From an uncultured delta proteobacterium (GTDB lineage: Bacteria > Myxococcota_A > Polyangia > Polyangiales > JAFGIB01), in NCBI GenBank assembly GCA_963778655.1, contig CAVZVA010000009.1, positions 1,120,001-1,184,000 on the forward strand: DNA of 64,000 nt, written 5' to 3'. This document shows, in pieces, positions 20,530 to 29,879 of the stretch. Both the position numbers and the translations under genes were made by a program. Each line of letters begins with the position of its first letter. The first letter of the stretch is position 1. Below the pieces are notes generated by a model that saw nothing but the letters and a program-made list of their open reading frames with translations, was not told the DNA's origin and did no database searches.

Positions 20530-21396
20530 ATGATACCCGAGGGCGTGGTCGACATCGACGGCATCCTGCAACCTGCCGCCGAGGCCAGGTTGAGCGTATT
20601 CGATCGCGGGCTGCTCTACGGCGACAGCGCGTTCGAGGCCATGCGCACCTACGGCGGCGTGCCGTTTCGAGGACCCGAGCACCTTGCCCGGCTCGCGCGC
20701 TCCTGCGGCCGCCTGCGCATCGAGCTGGGACTCGCGCAGGACGAGCTTGCCGCGCGCGTCACGCGCGCGATCGCGCGCAGCGGGCTGCCCGAGTGCTATC
20801 TGCGCGTGTTGGTTACGCGCGGGGTGGCGCCGCTCGGCCTCGACCTCGCGCTCGCGGGCCGCCCGAGCGTGCTCGTCTATGGGCTCGCGCTCAAGCTGCC
20901 CGACCCCGCGATCTACGACGGCATCGCGGTGGGTCTGGTCAAGACGGCCCGCGCCACCGATGGCGGCGCCGCCGCCGGGGCCAAGGCCAGCCATTACCTC
21001 GCCGCCATGCTCGCGCTCGACGAGGTGAAGCGGCGCGGCTGCCACGAGGCGATCATCGTCGGCGCGCGCGGCGAGCTGATCGAGGGCACGACCAGCAACC
21101 TATTCATCGTCGACGAGCACGGCCTGGCGACGCCGCCGCCGGAAGCCGGCATCCTCGAAGGCATCACCCGTCGCGAGGTGCTCGAGCTCGCGGCCGAGCT
21201 GCACATCCCTTGCCGCGAGCAGACGCTGTTTCCTCCCGACCTGAAGGGTGCCCGCGAGGCGTTCATCACCAGCAGCATCCGCGAGATCGTGCCCGTGGTG
21301 CGTGCCGACGCTGCGGTGTTGGGCAACGGCAAGCCCGGCCCCATCGCGACCGCCCTGCTGGCGGCCTACCGCGCCCGAACGCAGCAGGCCCGCTGA
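20530..21396 (+). CDS. PLP-dependent aminotransferase class IV (IlvE/PabC/Dat family)
   Basis: DRGLLYGD..FE, catalytic Lys in GAKASHY, EGTTSNLF, ILEGITR. Confidence 0.92.
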   Translation: MIPEGVVDIDGILQPAAEARLSVFDRGLLYGDSAFEAMRTYGGVPFRGPEHLARLARSCGRLRIELGLAQDELAARVTRAIARSGLPECYLRVLVTRGVAPLGLDLALAGRPSVLVYGLALKLPDPAIYDGIAVGLVKTARATDGGAAAGAKASHYLAAMLALDEVKRRGCHEAIIVGARGELIEGTTSNLFIVDEHGLATPPPEAGILEGITRREVLELAAELHIPCREQTLFPPDLKGAREAFITSSIREIVPVVRADAAVLGNGKPGPIATALLAAYRARTQQAR

Positions 21397-21418
21397 CGCC
21401 GTCGCTTGGGCTGACCGG

Positions 21419-21535
21419 TCTTTCGGATCACTGGAAGGCGGGAAGATGGGAAGATCGACTTGGGCTCAACCGGGCAGGGCGCCCCGCGTGATCGGGTCAC
21501 CACCACCCTCTGCCCTTCGCATCTTCCCGCCTTCC
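21419..21535. repeat. Palindromic intergenic element, family A copy 1
   Basis: Perfect 16-bp inverted repeat GGAAGGCGGGAAGATG (21433-21448) / CATCTTCCCGCCTTCC (21520-21535). Confidence 0.8.
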
Positions 21536-21602
21536 CGTTTCACGGCCCACGCCTTGCCCGCAAAGGGCGCGAAATCGCACTCCCGGCGCTACAATCGTCG
21601 CG

Positions 21603-23663
21603 ATGCAGCCCTCGGAGCGAGCGCGCGGGGCGCAGGCTGCGGCCGTGAGCGAGGCTCGCCTCGGGTGGCTCGCGTACGCGATCGCCGCCTTCGCGCTGGG
21701 GCTCGCCGGGCTGTTCGCGGTCGCCAATCCCGACACCTTCGGCCACTTGGCGCAGGGCCGGCAGATCGTCGAGCTCGGTCACGTGCCGCTGCGGGACAGC
21801 TTCTCGTTCTGGAAGCCGCAGCCCGCGCTCTGGCGCAACTACGAGTGGCTCAGCGATTGGCTGATGTTCGAGCTGTACCGGCTCGGCGGTTTCGACGCGC
21901 TGATCGCCGCCAAGTGCGCGCTGCTGGCGGCCAGCGCGGCGCTGCTCGTGCTGCTCTCGCGGCTGCTCGGCGGGGCGCGCGCGGGCTTGCTCACCTCCGC
22001 GCTGGTGGTGAGCGCGATTCCCGCGGCTCGCTTTCGTCTGACCGAGCGCCCGCACCTGTGCGCGCTGCCGCTCGGCTGCTTCTATCTGATCGCCTTCGCC
22101 TACCTGTTGCGCGGCTGGGGCCGCGGTCGCGCGCGGGCCGACGCGCTGTTCATCGCCGCGCTCGGCGCCGCCCATCTGCTATGGGTGAACCTGCACGGCA
22201 GCCATCTGCTCGGGCTTGCGCTCACGCTGCTGCACCTGTTGCTGGCTTCGGGCGTGCGCGGCGCGCGCGCCAAGCTGGCGCTGGTGCTCGGGCTGCAGCT
22301 GGCCGCTTCCTGCGTCTCGCCCTACGGCCCGGCGATTTTGCTCGACGCGATCGCGCACGTTGTCGATCCCGTCTATCGCCAGGTGGTCACCGAATGGTCG
22401 CCGTGGGAGCCGAGTGATCCGCTGTGGCTGCTGCTCGCGCCGATCCTTCAGACCCTGCTGCTCGCGGCGGCCGCCATGCCGCTGTTGCGGCGTGGGGCCT
22501 CTGGGCGGGCGCTGCTCGCGAGCGCGGTGCTGCTGGCGCTGGCTGCGTTTCGCTCGATTCGTTTCGTGGCGGATTACCTGCTGCTGAGCGCCCCAGTGCT
22601 CGCGCTGGGGCTCTGCGATTTGCTGCACGCGGTGCGCTGGCGCAGGCTGGCGCCCGCGCTCGGGCTGTGGCTCGCGGCGGCCGCGTTCGTGGTGCCGTGG
22701 GCCTCGTTGCGGCTGCCGCCCTTCCAAGGTCTGGGCCACGGGGACGACCGCATCAAGCTGCCGGCCGCGAGCGGGCAGTGGCTGCGCGATCACGCGCTCG
22801 CACCGCGCGTGCTGGCCGCGATCGAGGACTCCTGGTACCTGATGTTCGCGGTGCCACAGGCGCACTTTCTGGTCGACGGGCGCGTACCGTTCTACGGCCC
22901 TTCGCACATCGGCCGCGTGAACCTCGCGATCGCCAGCCCGCGCCATCTGGCCGTGCTGCTCGCCGACTACCGCGTCGACACGGTGGTGGTGCGCCACACC
23001 TTCAAGCCTCACCGCGTGCTGCTGGCCACGCTGCGCCGTTGGCCCGAGTGGAAGCTGAGACTGATCGAGGATCGCTACGCGCTGTACGTGCGCGACGGCA
23101 CCGCCTTGCGGGGTCTCGACTCGCCCCGCCCGCTTTCGCTGCAGCCGGGCTATCAGCCCGACTGGTTGCTCGACGCCGACGCGACCGGCGCGCAGGCGAT
23201 CGAAGCCGAGTTGCGGCGGTTGCCCGCGCACGAAAACACGCGCGGATACCGCGGCTGGGTGCAGGCCCTGTTGGCGCTGCGGCCGCTGCGGCGGCCGGGC
23301 GATGCCGGCCTGCGCGCGCCGGCGAATACCGCCGAGGTCGCGCTGCTACGCCGCGCCGAGGCCCTACTCTCGCGCGCGGTGCACGGCGCGCAAGGCGTAC
23401 CGGTGGTCAGCGCCTACCACGCCCTGGTCGCGGCGGCGCTGTGCGATCTGGACACCGCGGAGCAGGCGCTCTCCGCTGCGCGCTGGGAAGGGGACTCGCG
23501 CGAGACCCTGCTCGGCGCGCAAGAGATCGCGCTGCGGCGCGGGCGCAAGGCCGAGGTCGAGCAGTTCCTGCAGCGCGCGCAGGCCATGCCCCAGGCAGCG
23601 CACGATGCCTGGCTCGCGGCGCTGCGCACGGAGCTGAGCTCGCCCCCGCTGTGCCCGCGGTGA
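21603..23663 (+). CDS. Polytopic membrane protein, putative GT-C-type glycosyltransferase, with soluble helical C-terminus
   Basis: DTFGHLAQGRQI after TM1, YEWLSD, ERPHL, LWVNLHGS, EWSP, VDGR motifs; many TM segments. Confidence 0.65.
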   Translation: MQPSERARGAQAAAVSEARLGWLAYAIAAFALGLAGLFAVANPDTFGHLAQGRQIVELGHVPLRDSFSFWKPQPALWRNYEWLSDWLMFELYRLGGFDALIAAKCALLAASAALLVLLSRLLGGARAGLLTSALVVSAIPAARFRLTERPHLCALPLGCFYLIAFAYLLRGWGRGRARADALFIAALGAAHLLWVNLHGSHLLGLALTLLHLLLASGVRGARAKLALVLGLQLAASCVSPYGPAILLDAIAHVVDPVYRQVVTEWSPWEPSDPLWLLLAPILQTLLLAAAAMPLLRRGASGRALLASAVLLALAAFRSIRFVADYLLLSAPVLALGLCDLLHAVRWRRLAPALGLWLAAAAFVVPWASLRLPPFQGLGHGDDRIKLPAASGQWLRDHALAPRVLAAIEDSWYLMFAVPQAHFLVDGRVPFYGPSHIGRVNLAIASPRHLAVLLADYRVDTVVVRHTFKPHRVLLATLRRWPEWKLRLIEDRYALYVRDGTALRGLDSPRPLSLQPGYQPDWLLDADATGAQAIEAELRRLPAHENTRGYRGWVQALLALRPLRRPGDAGLRAPANTAEVALLRRAEALLSRAVHGAQGVPVVSAYHALVAAALCDLDTAEQALSAARWEGDSRETLLGAQEIALRRGRKAEVEQFLQRAQAMPQAAHDAWLAALRTELSSPPLCPR

Positions 23664-23680
23664 GCCCGGGTCTGGCTCTC

Positions 23681-23844
23681 GCACTGATCACCACGCGCTG
23701 ATTTGGCAGGGGCAGACCCTGCTTTCTTCACGAGGGGCGGCACGCCGGCCCTGCGGCCCCTCCCCGGCGGAGTCAATCCGCCGGGTCGCCTCCCCACGCG
23801 GGGCCGCGTTCCGCGGCAATTCTCGAACGAAACGTGATCGCTGC
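23681..23844. other. Structured intergenic element with imperfect terminal inverted repeats
   Basis: GCACTGATCAC / GTGATCGCTGC ends (9/11); internal stems 23706-23722, 23763-23785 and 23753-23760/23800-23807. Confidence 0.5.
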
Positions 23845-23883
23845 TCAGTATGAGATCCACACCTTGAAGCCCGGACCCGCGAC

Positions 23884-23972
23884 TCTTTCGATCACAGGAA
23901 GGCGGGAAGACGGGAAGGGGACATGGTCGGACCGACCCTGCCTCGCTGCCTTCAGCCTTTCCGGCTTGCTGT
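23884..23972. repeat. Palindromic intergenic element, family A copy 2
   Basis: TCTTTCGATCACAGGAAGGCGGGAAGACGGGAAG matches 21419-21453; degenerate complementary arm 23950-23972. Confidence 0.75.
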
Positions 23973-24020
23973 TTGCTGTGGTCCGGCCGCCCACCGCCGG
24001 GACGCCCGCCGCGGCCGGAT

Positions 24021-25220
24021 ATGCTACGAACAGCGCCTGTGGACGCCGCCTACCGCAGCGAGCTCAACCGCGACGTGGCGCCGGCCGAGCCCGGTGAGCT
24101 CAAGCCGCTGCAGCTCGGACCCCTGCGGGTGTGGCCGCCGGTGGTGCTCGCGCCGATGGCCGGCGTCACCAACTACCCGTTTCGGGCGCTGTGCCGCGAG
24201 CACGGCGCCGGGCTCTACGTCAGCGAGATGATCACCGCGCGCCCGCTGGTCGAGGGGCACGGCAAGACGCTGCGCCTCGCGGGCTTCGGGCCGGAGGAGA
24301 GCCCGCGCAGCCTGCAGCTCTACGGCGTCGATCCGTACTACGTCGGCGAGGCGGTCGCGCGCCTGGTGGGCGAGGGGCAGGTCGATCACGTCGACCTCAA
24401 CTTCGGTTGCCCGGTGCGCAAGGTGACGCGTCGTGGTGGCGGTGCCGCGATCCCGCTCAAGCCCCGGCTGCTGGCCGGGATCCTGCGCGCCGCCGTGCGC
24501 GCGGCGGGCTGCGTGCCGGTCACGATCAAGCTGCGCATGGGAATCGACGACGAGCACCTGACCTACCTGCGCTCGGGCGAGATCGCGGAGCAAGAAGGCG
24601 CGGCCGCCGTAGCGCTGCACGCGCGCACCGCGGCCCAGCTCTACGACGGGCACGCGCGCTGGGACGCGATCGCCGAGCTCAAGCGTCACGTGCGCGCCAT
24701 CCCCGTGCTGGGCAACGGCGACATCTGGGAGGCAGAGGACGCCCTGCGCATGCTGCGCAGCACCGGTTGCGACGGGGTGGTGGTGGGCCGTGGCTGCCTG
24801 GGAAGGCCGTGGCTGTTTCGCGATCTGGCCGCGGTGTGCGAGGGGCACGAGCCGCCCGATCCGCCGCGGCTGGGCGCCGTGGTCGACCTGATGCTGCGCC
24901 ACGCGCACAAGCTGGCCGCGTGGGCGGGCGAGGGTCCGGCGATGCGGGACTTCCGGCGCCAGGCCAGCTGGTACACCAAGGGCTTCCGCGGCAGCGCGCG
25001 CCAGCGCGGGCGTCTGATGCAGGTGTGCACGCTGGCCGAGCTGGAAGAGGTGCTGTGCGCGCTGGACCGCGAGGAGCCGTTTCCCGCCAGCTGCGTGCGG
25101 GTGCCGCGCGGCAAGACCGGCGGCACCCAGCGGGTGTCGCTGCCGGAGGGCTACCTCGAACAGCTCGACGACGCGACCCCGCCGCCGCCCGAGGCCGAGG
25201 ACGCCACCTCCGGTGGTTGA
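24021..25220 (+). CDS. dusB: tRNA-dihydrouridine synthase
   Basis: LAPMAGVT, DLNFGCP, LHART, GNGDI, GRG motifs. Confidence 0.9.
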   Translation: MLRTAPVDAAYRSELNRDVAPAEPGELKPLQLGPLRVWPPVVLAPMAGVTNYPFRALCREHGAGLYVSEMITARPLVEGHGKTLRLAGFGPEESPRSLQLYGVDPYYVGEAVARLVGEGQVDHVDLNFGCPVRKVTRRGGGAAIPLKPRLLAGILRAAVRAAGCVPVTIKLRMGIDDEHLTYLRSGEIAEQEGAAAVALHARTAAQLYDGHARWDAIAELKRHVRAIPVLGNGDIWEAEDALRMLRSTGCDGVVVGRGCLGRPWLFRDLAAVCEGHEPPDPPRLGAVVDLMLRHAHKLAAWAGEGPAMRDFRRQASWYTKGFRGSARQRGRLMQVCTLAELEEVLCALDREEPFPASCVRVPRGKTGGTQRVSLPEGYLEQLDDATPPPPEAEDATSGG

Positions 25221-25245
25221 CCAGGGCACGCGCTTCCGTTACACA
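25217..25245 (+). promoter_or_regulatory. Sigma70-like promoter for the small basic ORF
   Basis: TTGACC-N17-TACACA ending 9 bp before ATG 25255. Confidence 0.5.
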
Positions 25246-25254
25246 GCAGCCACC

Positions 25255-25377
25255 ATGGCCTCCAACACGCAAGTCACCAAGAAGCGCCGCCGCCGCAAGC
25301 GCGCCTCCGTCGGGCGCGCCAAGAAGCGCGCGCGCGCCAAGACGGGCACGCCGAAGTTCCCGGTGCAGCCGGAGTAG
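25255..25377 (+). CDS. 40-aa Lys/Arg-rich microprotein (not in ORF track)
   Basis: MASNTQVTKKRRRRKRASVGRAKKRARAKTGTPKFPVQPE; all but one sense codon ends in G/C; fits the dusB-next gene gap. Confidence 0.75.
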   Translation: MASNTQVTKKRRRRKRASVGRAKKRARAKTGTPKFPVQPE

Positions 25378-25434
25378 CCAGCGCCCCGTGCGCCCGTCGT
25401 CGTGAGGTGGTCGCGTTCTTGTCAGGCCCTGCGC

Positions 25435-27534
25435 CTACTGCGAGCACAGCACGCGCACGGTGATGCGCCGCAGCGCGGGTGAGTCGTGTCGATCGTTGGA
25501 GCGCAGGGTGGCTTCCACCTCGATCAGGCGCTGCTGCGGCAAGGGGCCCGGCGCGGCCGACAGGTCGAGCTCCTGGCCGTCCCACGGCCCGAGCCAGCTG
25601 GCGGCTGACAGCTCGGCCTGGCTGGCCGCCGTGCGCAGCCGGATCTGAATGCGCGCGCCCTGCGGGATGTCGGCGTCGACGCTGAGGTGCTCCCACTGCG
25701 AGGGCCCGTTCTCGCAGCCGTCGAGCACGCCGCGGATGAAGCCGCTCGGTGCCGCAATCCGCCGCAGGGCGAAGCCGGTGAAGTCGGAGTAGGTGTAGGG
25801 CAGATTGCCGGCGCCGAAGTGCTTGACCTCGCCGCTGTCGGTGTCGACGCGCGTGGCCGAGCCGCTCTGCTGATTGATCAGCCAAGCACGCTCCTGCGAG
25901 TCGAGCCCGACGCCGATCGAGCCCTGGCCGGGTAGCGGGTCATCGGGGGTGCCGAACACGCGCACGTCGCCGCCGTCGTCCGCGCGAAACACCGTCAGCC
26001 GCGTGATCGCGTCGCTGGCGTCGATGAAGCCGAAGGTCGAGCTGGTGTCGATGTGGACCCACTCGTGCGAGGCGGCCACGAAGATCTGGCCGCGGTCGTC
26101 GGCGGCGATCCCGCGCGTCACGCCCGAGTCCGGCAGGTGCACGCTGGTGAAGCGCCCCGAGCGCGGGTCGTAGCCAAAGGCGTAGGGGCAGGTGAAGCCC
26201 GCGATCCAGACCCGGCCCTCGGGATCGACCGCGATACCGTACGAGCTGGGGCAGCCGTCCTCGGGCGCGGGCGCTTCGATCGAGCGACCGACCTCGCCGG
26301 TGGTGGTGTCGACCGACAGGATGTGGCCCGTGAGCGACTCGACCAGCCACATGCGACCCTTGGCGTCCATGGCCGCGCCGTAGGGGTGGAAGCCGGGCAC
26401 GGCGAGCTCGCGCAGCACGTGGCCGTCGCTGGGGTCGAGCTGCACCACGCGGCTCTCGTGGTGCAAGCCGACCCATACGCTGCCGTCCTGCGCCACGGCG
26501 AGCGCGCGCGGTACCCCGTCGAAGGCGCCCACGTCGACCGTCCACAGCAGGCACTCGTCGCGCTGCCCCAGGAACTCGCCGTCGACGTAGTTGTCGATCT
26601 CGCCGTTGCCGTTGATGTCGTGCGAGGTCTCGATCGTGCCGTCGCCGTTGCGGTCGATGCAGTCCTGCTCGAAGCCGGCGATCTTGGTCACGGTGCCCTG
26701 CCGGCCGAACGCACGGTTGGCCACGTAGACCGCGCCCTGCAGGTCGACGCCGGTGCGCGAGGGACAGTTGCCCCCGGGATGCTGGTCGCCGAACAGCTGC
26801 TGGCATGCCTCGTCCGGCGGCTCGGCCCCGTTGTGGCCGTCGATCAGCACGCTGTCGTAGCGCGCGAGCTGCCGCCCGTCGCGGGTGTCGAGCCGCGTCA
26901 CCTTGCCCTCGACGAAGTTCGAGATCCAGGCGTCGAAGCGCTGGTGCGTCTCGCCGCTCAGCACCAGCGCCCCGCCCTCGCCGTCGACCGCAACCGAGTC
27001 GCTGTTGTCCGCGGTCGGCTGCCACTCGGCGCCCAGCTCCGGCAGGTGCAGCAGCCGGCAACCGGGCCGGCAGTCCCCGCACGCCGAGAGCAGGCCCTCG
27101 TCGGTCTCGCCGTCACAGTCGTCGTCCACCTGGTTGCAGCGCTCCTCGGCGCCAGGGTGCACGGCCGCGTTGCCGTCGTTGCAATCGCCGCGGCAAGCGT
27201 CGAAGCCGTCGCCGTCCCGGTCGCGCGGCTGGGCCTGGTGCACGCAGCGGTCGAGCGCGGTGTCGCAGCGGTCGAGCGTGCACTCGTCGTGGTCGTCGCA
27301 GCTCGGCGTGGTTCCCGGCAGGCAGCCGCCCGTGATCGGGTCACAGCGCTCGACACCGTCGCAGAACACGCCATCGTTGCAGCGCGCGCAGGGCTGCGCG
27401 CCCGCGTCGCCGGCTTGGGCCGCGCCGCCGCCGAGCAGATCGGCGCCCCGTGTCCGCGAGCACGTCGTCAGTGCGTACAGGGCCATCGCGGCCAGCAGCG
27501 CGCGAGGGCCAATCTGCTGCCACAAGCCAGCCAT
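25435..27534 (-). CDS. Lipoprotein with Cys-rich/CxxxDDDCDG motifs and Vgb/NHL-like beta-propeller
   Basis: Lipobox-like LTTC; PRALAVAQDGSVWVG, PYGAAMDAKGRMW, YGIAVDPEGRVW blades; DxNGDG Ca loops; PYTYSDFTG. Confidence 0.75.
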   Translation of the reverse strand: MAGLWQQIGPRALLAAMALYALTTCSRTRGADLLGGGAAQAGDAGAQPCARCNDGVFCDGVERCDPITGGCLPGTTPSCDDHDECTLDRCDTALDRCVHQAQPRDRDGDGFDACRGDCNDGNAAVHPGAEERCNQVDDDCDGETDEGLLSACGDCRPGCRLLHLPELGAEWQPTADNSDSVAVDGEGGALVLSGETHQRFDAWISNFVEGKVTRLDTRDGRQLARYDSVLIDGHNGAEPPDEACQQLFGDQHPGGNCPSRTGVDLQGAVYVANRAFGRQGTVTKIAGFEQDCIDRNGDGTIETSHDINGNGEIDNYVDGEFLGQRDECLLWTVDVGAFDGVPRALAVAQDGSVWVGLHHESRVVQLDPSDGHVLRELAVPGFHPYGAAMDAKGRMWLVESLTGHILSVDTTTGEVGRSIEAPAPEDGCPSSYGIAVDPEGRVWIAGFTCPYAFGYDPRSGRFTSVHLPDSGVTRGIAADDRGQIFVAASHEWVHIDTSSTFGFIDASDAITRLTVFRADDGGDVRVFGTPDDPLPGQGSIGVGLDSQERAWLINQQSGSATRVDTDSGEVKHFGAGNLPYTYSDFTGFALRRIAAPSGFIRGVLDGCENGPSQWEHLSVDADIPQGARIQIRLRTAASQAELSAASWLGPWDGQELDLSAAPGPLPQQRLIEVEATLRSNDRHDSPALRRITVRVLCSQ

Positions 27535-27624
27535 CAGCCTCGGCTGTCACTGTAGGCCAGGATTCGCGCAGGCGAAACGCCGCGCCCCGCCCGCGGCCTC
27601 GGCGCAGGGCGCAGGCAGCGGCGA

Positions 27625-27708
27625 GTGAGCGCAGCGAGCCAAGCGGGAGGGTGGGTCCCGTCGGGCTTTGCCCAACGGGCGGGCGGGTCGCGTGACCCTC
27701 CCGATAAC
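27625..27708. repeat. Palindromic intergenic element, family B copy 1
   Basis: GTGAGCGCAGCGAGCCAAGC then stem CGGGAGGGT...ACCCTCCCG-ATAAC; both ends shared with 46822-46857. Confidence 0.6.
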
Positions 27709-28830
27709 TCAATGCAGCGTGTAGCTGCGGCCCTCGTGGACGATCGTCGGCACGCCCGAGTCGCGCCGGCGCTGATCGCCCCACGCGTCGAGCACGTCGT
27801 CGGCGACGCTGCGTACCGGCGGGGGCGGCGCGGGCACGGCCGCCGGGGGGACCTCGATCGCGAGCAGCGGCGCTTCCTCGATCGCCCAGCGCTTCAACGT
27901 GATGCGCTGGCGCCGCCGCACTTGCACGTAACCGATCACGAGCAGCAGCGCGCCCGCCACCCACATCACCGTCAGCCCGCTGAGGATCGAAGGCCAACGC
28001 CCGAAGCGCTGCAGCAGTTGCGTGCGCCACTGCTGCTCCAGCTGCTCGATCGGCTGGTGGTACGCGGTCGAGACCACCTGCTCGAACGGCTTGCCCGCGC
28101 GCAGGCCCGCGATCAGGGCTGCAAAGCGCTCCGGACCCTGCCGCCCCTCGAGCATGTGCCCGACCAGATCGGCGGCCTCCGCGTAAGCCAGGTCCACCTG
28201 GTCGCGGTCGCTGGGAAAGCGCTGCGACAGCTCGCGCATCGGGATCAGATCGCCCCGCAGCGTGCCCTCCCACAGCGTGCGCACGCGCGACAGCGAATGC
28301 TCCCCGGCTTGGTGCATCGCCACCCCTTCGGAGAACCAGCGCGGCACGGGGTGCCCGTCGACCGCGCGCGAGAGCGCCACGTGCGACAGCTCGTGCACCA
28401 GCAGGTCGCGCATGTTCGGGCGCAGGAAGGTGCCCGGTTCGGCAAAGGTCAGCAGGATCAAGCCCTGCTCGGGAAAGGCGACCCCGCTGGCGTAGCCGGG
28501 CAGCCGCTGGCCTTTGGGCGCGAGCGCCTGCATCTGCTCGGGGTTGAGCGCCACGCGCACGTCGAGCTCGGGCGCGAGCGGCTGGCCGAGCTCACGGCCC
28601 AAGGCCTGCCAGGCCTTTTGCCGCGCCTGCTTGAGCTCCACGACTTCCGACTCCGCGCTGGTCGGATAGACCCAGCGCACCGCGCCCTCACGCTCGAGCG
28701 CGTAGCCGCCTGGCAGCGTGGACGGCAGCGGCGCGGGCTCTGCGCGAGCGGTCCCCGCGATCGCCACCAGCACCACCACGCCCAGCCACCCGAATCGCTC
28801 GAAGACACGCCTTGTCCAGGTGCTTCGCAT
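27709..28830 (-). CDS. Peptidase MA-like zinc metallopeptidase with C-terminal TM anchor
   Basis: Signal peptide, LVHELSH, PRWFSEGVA, LAYAEA. Confidence 0.85.
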   Translation of the reverse strand: MRSTWTRRVFERFGWLGVVVLVAIAGTARAEPAPLPSTLPGGYALEREGAVRWVYPTSAESEVVELKQARQKAWQALGRELGQPLAPELDVRVALNPEQMQALAPKGQRLPGYASGVAFPEQGLILLTFAEPGTFLRPNMRDLLVHELSHVALSRAVDGHPVPRWFSEGVAMHQAGEHSLSRVRTLWEGTLRGDLIPMRELSQRFPSDRDQVDLAYAEAADLVGHMLEGRQGPERFAALIAGLRAGKPFEQVVSTAYHQPIEQLEQQWRTQLLQRFGRWPSILSGLTVMWVAGALLLVIGYVQVRRRQRITLKRWAIEEAPLLAIEVPPAAVPAPPPPVRSVADDVLDAWGDQRRRDSGVPTIVHEGRSYTLH

Positions 28831-29132
28831 GGGCGTCTTCCAGCGTGTCCATGGTAGCACTCCGGCAGCCGGGTCGACAGCCGGAGCCCCGGGATTTCGT
28901 GCTAAGTTTGCCTACACTACCCGGCACGGACCATGAGCTCGGGCTTTCTTCACGAATTCGTCGCGACCGGGGCGCGGCCCGCAGGGCCGCGGCTGCACGC
29001 GCGTCGTCGCTCGCGCCGGCGGCCGCTCGCAGGGCAGGGCACGCGCGCCGGCGGTCACGAGGCCTGGCGCTCCGACGCGGGCGCCGGGACCATCCGCGCC
29101 TGGGCGTTGGCGAACGTTTACGAGGACGACCT

Positions 29133-29879
29133 TTGCTGACGCTTCGCGGCTTCGTCAATTTGCTCTTCTTCGGAGTGTGGACCGCGTTCATGGTGACGGT
29201 CGCAGTCACGCTGGGCGTGCTGCGCCGCGACCCCAACCTGTTTCGCCGCATGCAGCTCGACTGGGCGCGCGGCCTGATCCGTTTCTGGGGCGTCGAGCTC
29301 GAGGTGCACGGTGCCGAGCACATGGACCCGAGCCGCAGCTACGTGGTGATGGCGAACCACTCGAGCTACGTGGACATCGTCGCGCTGTTTCTGGCGCTGC
29401 CGGTCATTCCGGGCTTTCTGGCCAAGCGCGAGCTGACGCGGGTGCCGTTCTTGGGCCAGGCGCTGCGCAGCGGCGGCCACGTGGTCGTCGACCGCGGCAA
29501 GCGTGCGCACGCCGTGCAGGCGATCGCAGAAGCGGCCGAGCAAGTGCGCGGCGGCAAGACCGTGCTGATCTTTCCCGAGGGCACGCGCGGGAGCTCGGAC
29601 ACCGTGGGTAGCTTCAAGAAGGGCGGCTTCTTCTTGGCCAAGGCCGCGGGCGTCGAGATCCTGCCGGTAGGCGTGCGCGGTAGCCGTGCGATCTTCCCGC
29701 GCGGCAGCCTGCTCGTGCGTCCGGGGCGAGTGCAGGTCTACATCGGTGAGCCGATTCCCGCCGCCGAGGTCGAGTCGCGCGAGGCCAACGAGATGGTCCC
29801 GCTGGTGCGCGCGAAGGTCATCGAGCTCAGCGGGATGCCGGCGCGCGAAGCCGACCGAGCGTCACCGCAACCAGCGTGA
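29133..29879 (+). CDS. plsC: 1-acyl-sn-glycerol-3-phosphate (lysophospholipid) acyltransferase; start approximate
   Basis: NHSSYVD, FLAKREL, IFPEGTR, FKKGGF. Confidence 0.88.
   Translation: MLTLRGFVNLLFFGVWTAFMVTVAVTLGVLRRDPNLFRRMQLDWARGLIRFWGVELEVHGAEHMDPSRSYVVMANHSSYVDIVALFLALPVIPGFLAKRELTRVPFLGQALRSGGHVVVDRGKRAHAVQAIAEAAEQVRGGKTVLIFPEGTRGSSDTVGSFKKGGFFLAKAAGVEILPVGVRGSRAIFPRGSLLVRPGRVQVYIGEPIPAAEVESREANEMVPLVRAKVIELSGMPAREADRASPQPA

Noticed and set aside
9010..21045. Very long minus-strand ORFs (1307 aa, 2142 aa) and similar ones such as 4155-7310
   Set aside because: Antisense shadows of high-GC3 genes, with no motifs
28933..29139. 68-aa ORF upstream of plsC
   Set aside because: No motif, mixed codon bias; probably promoter/UTR sequence
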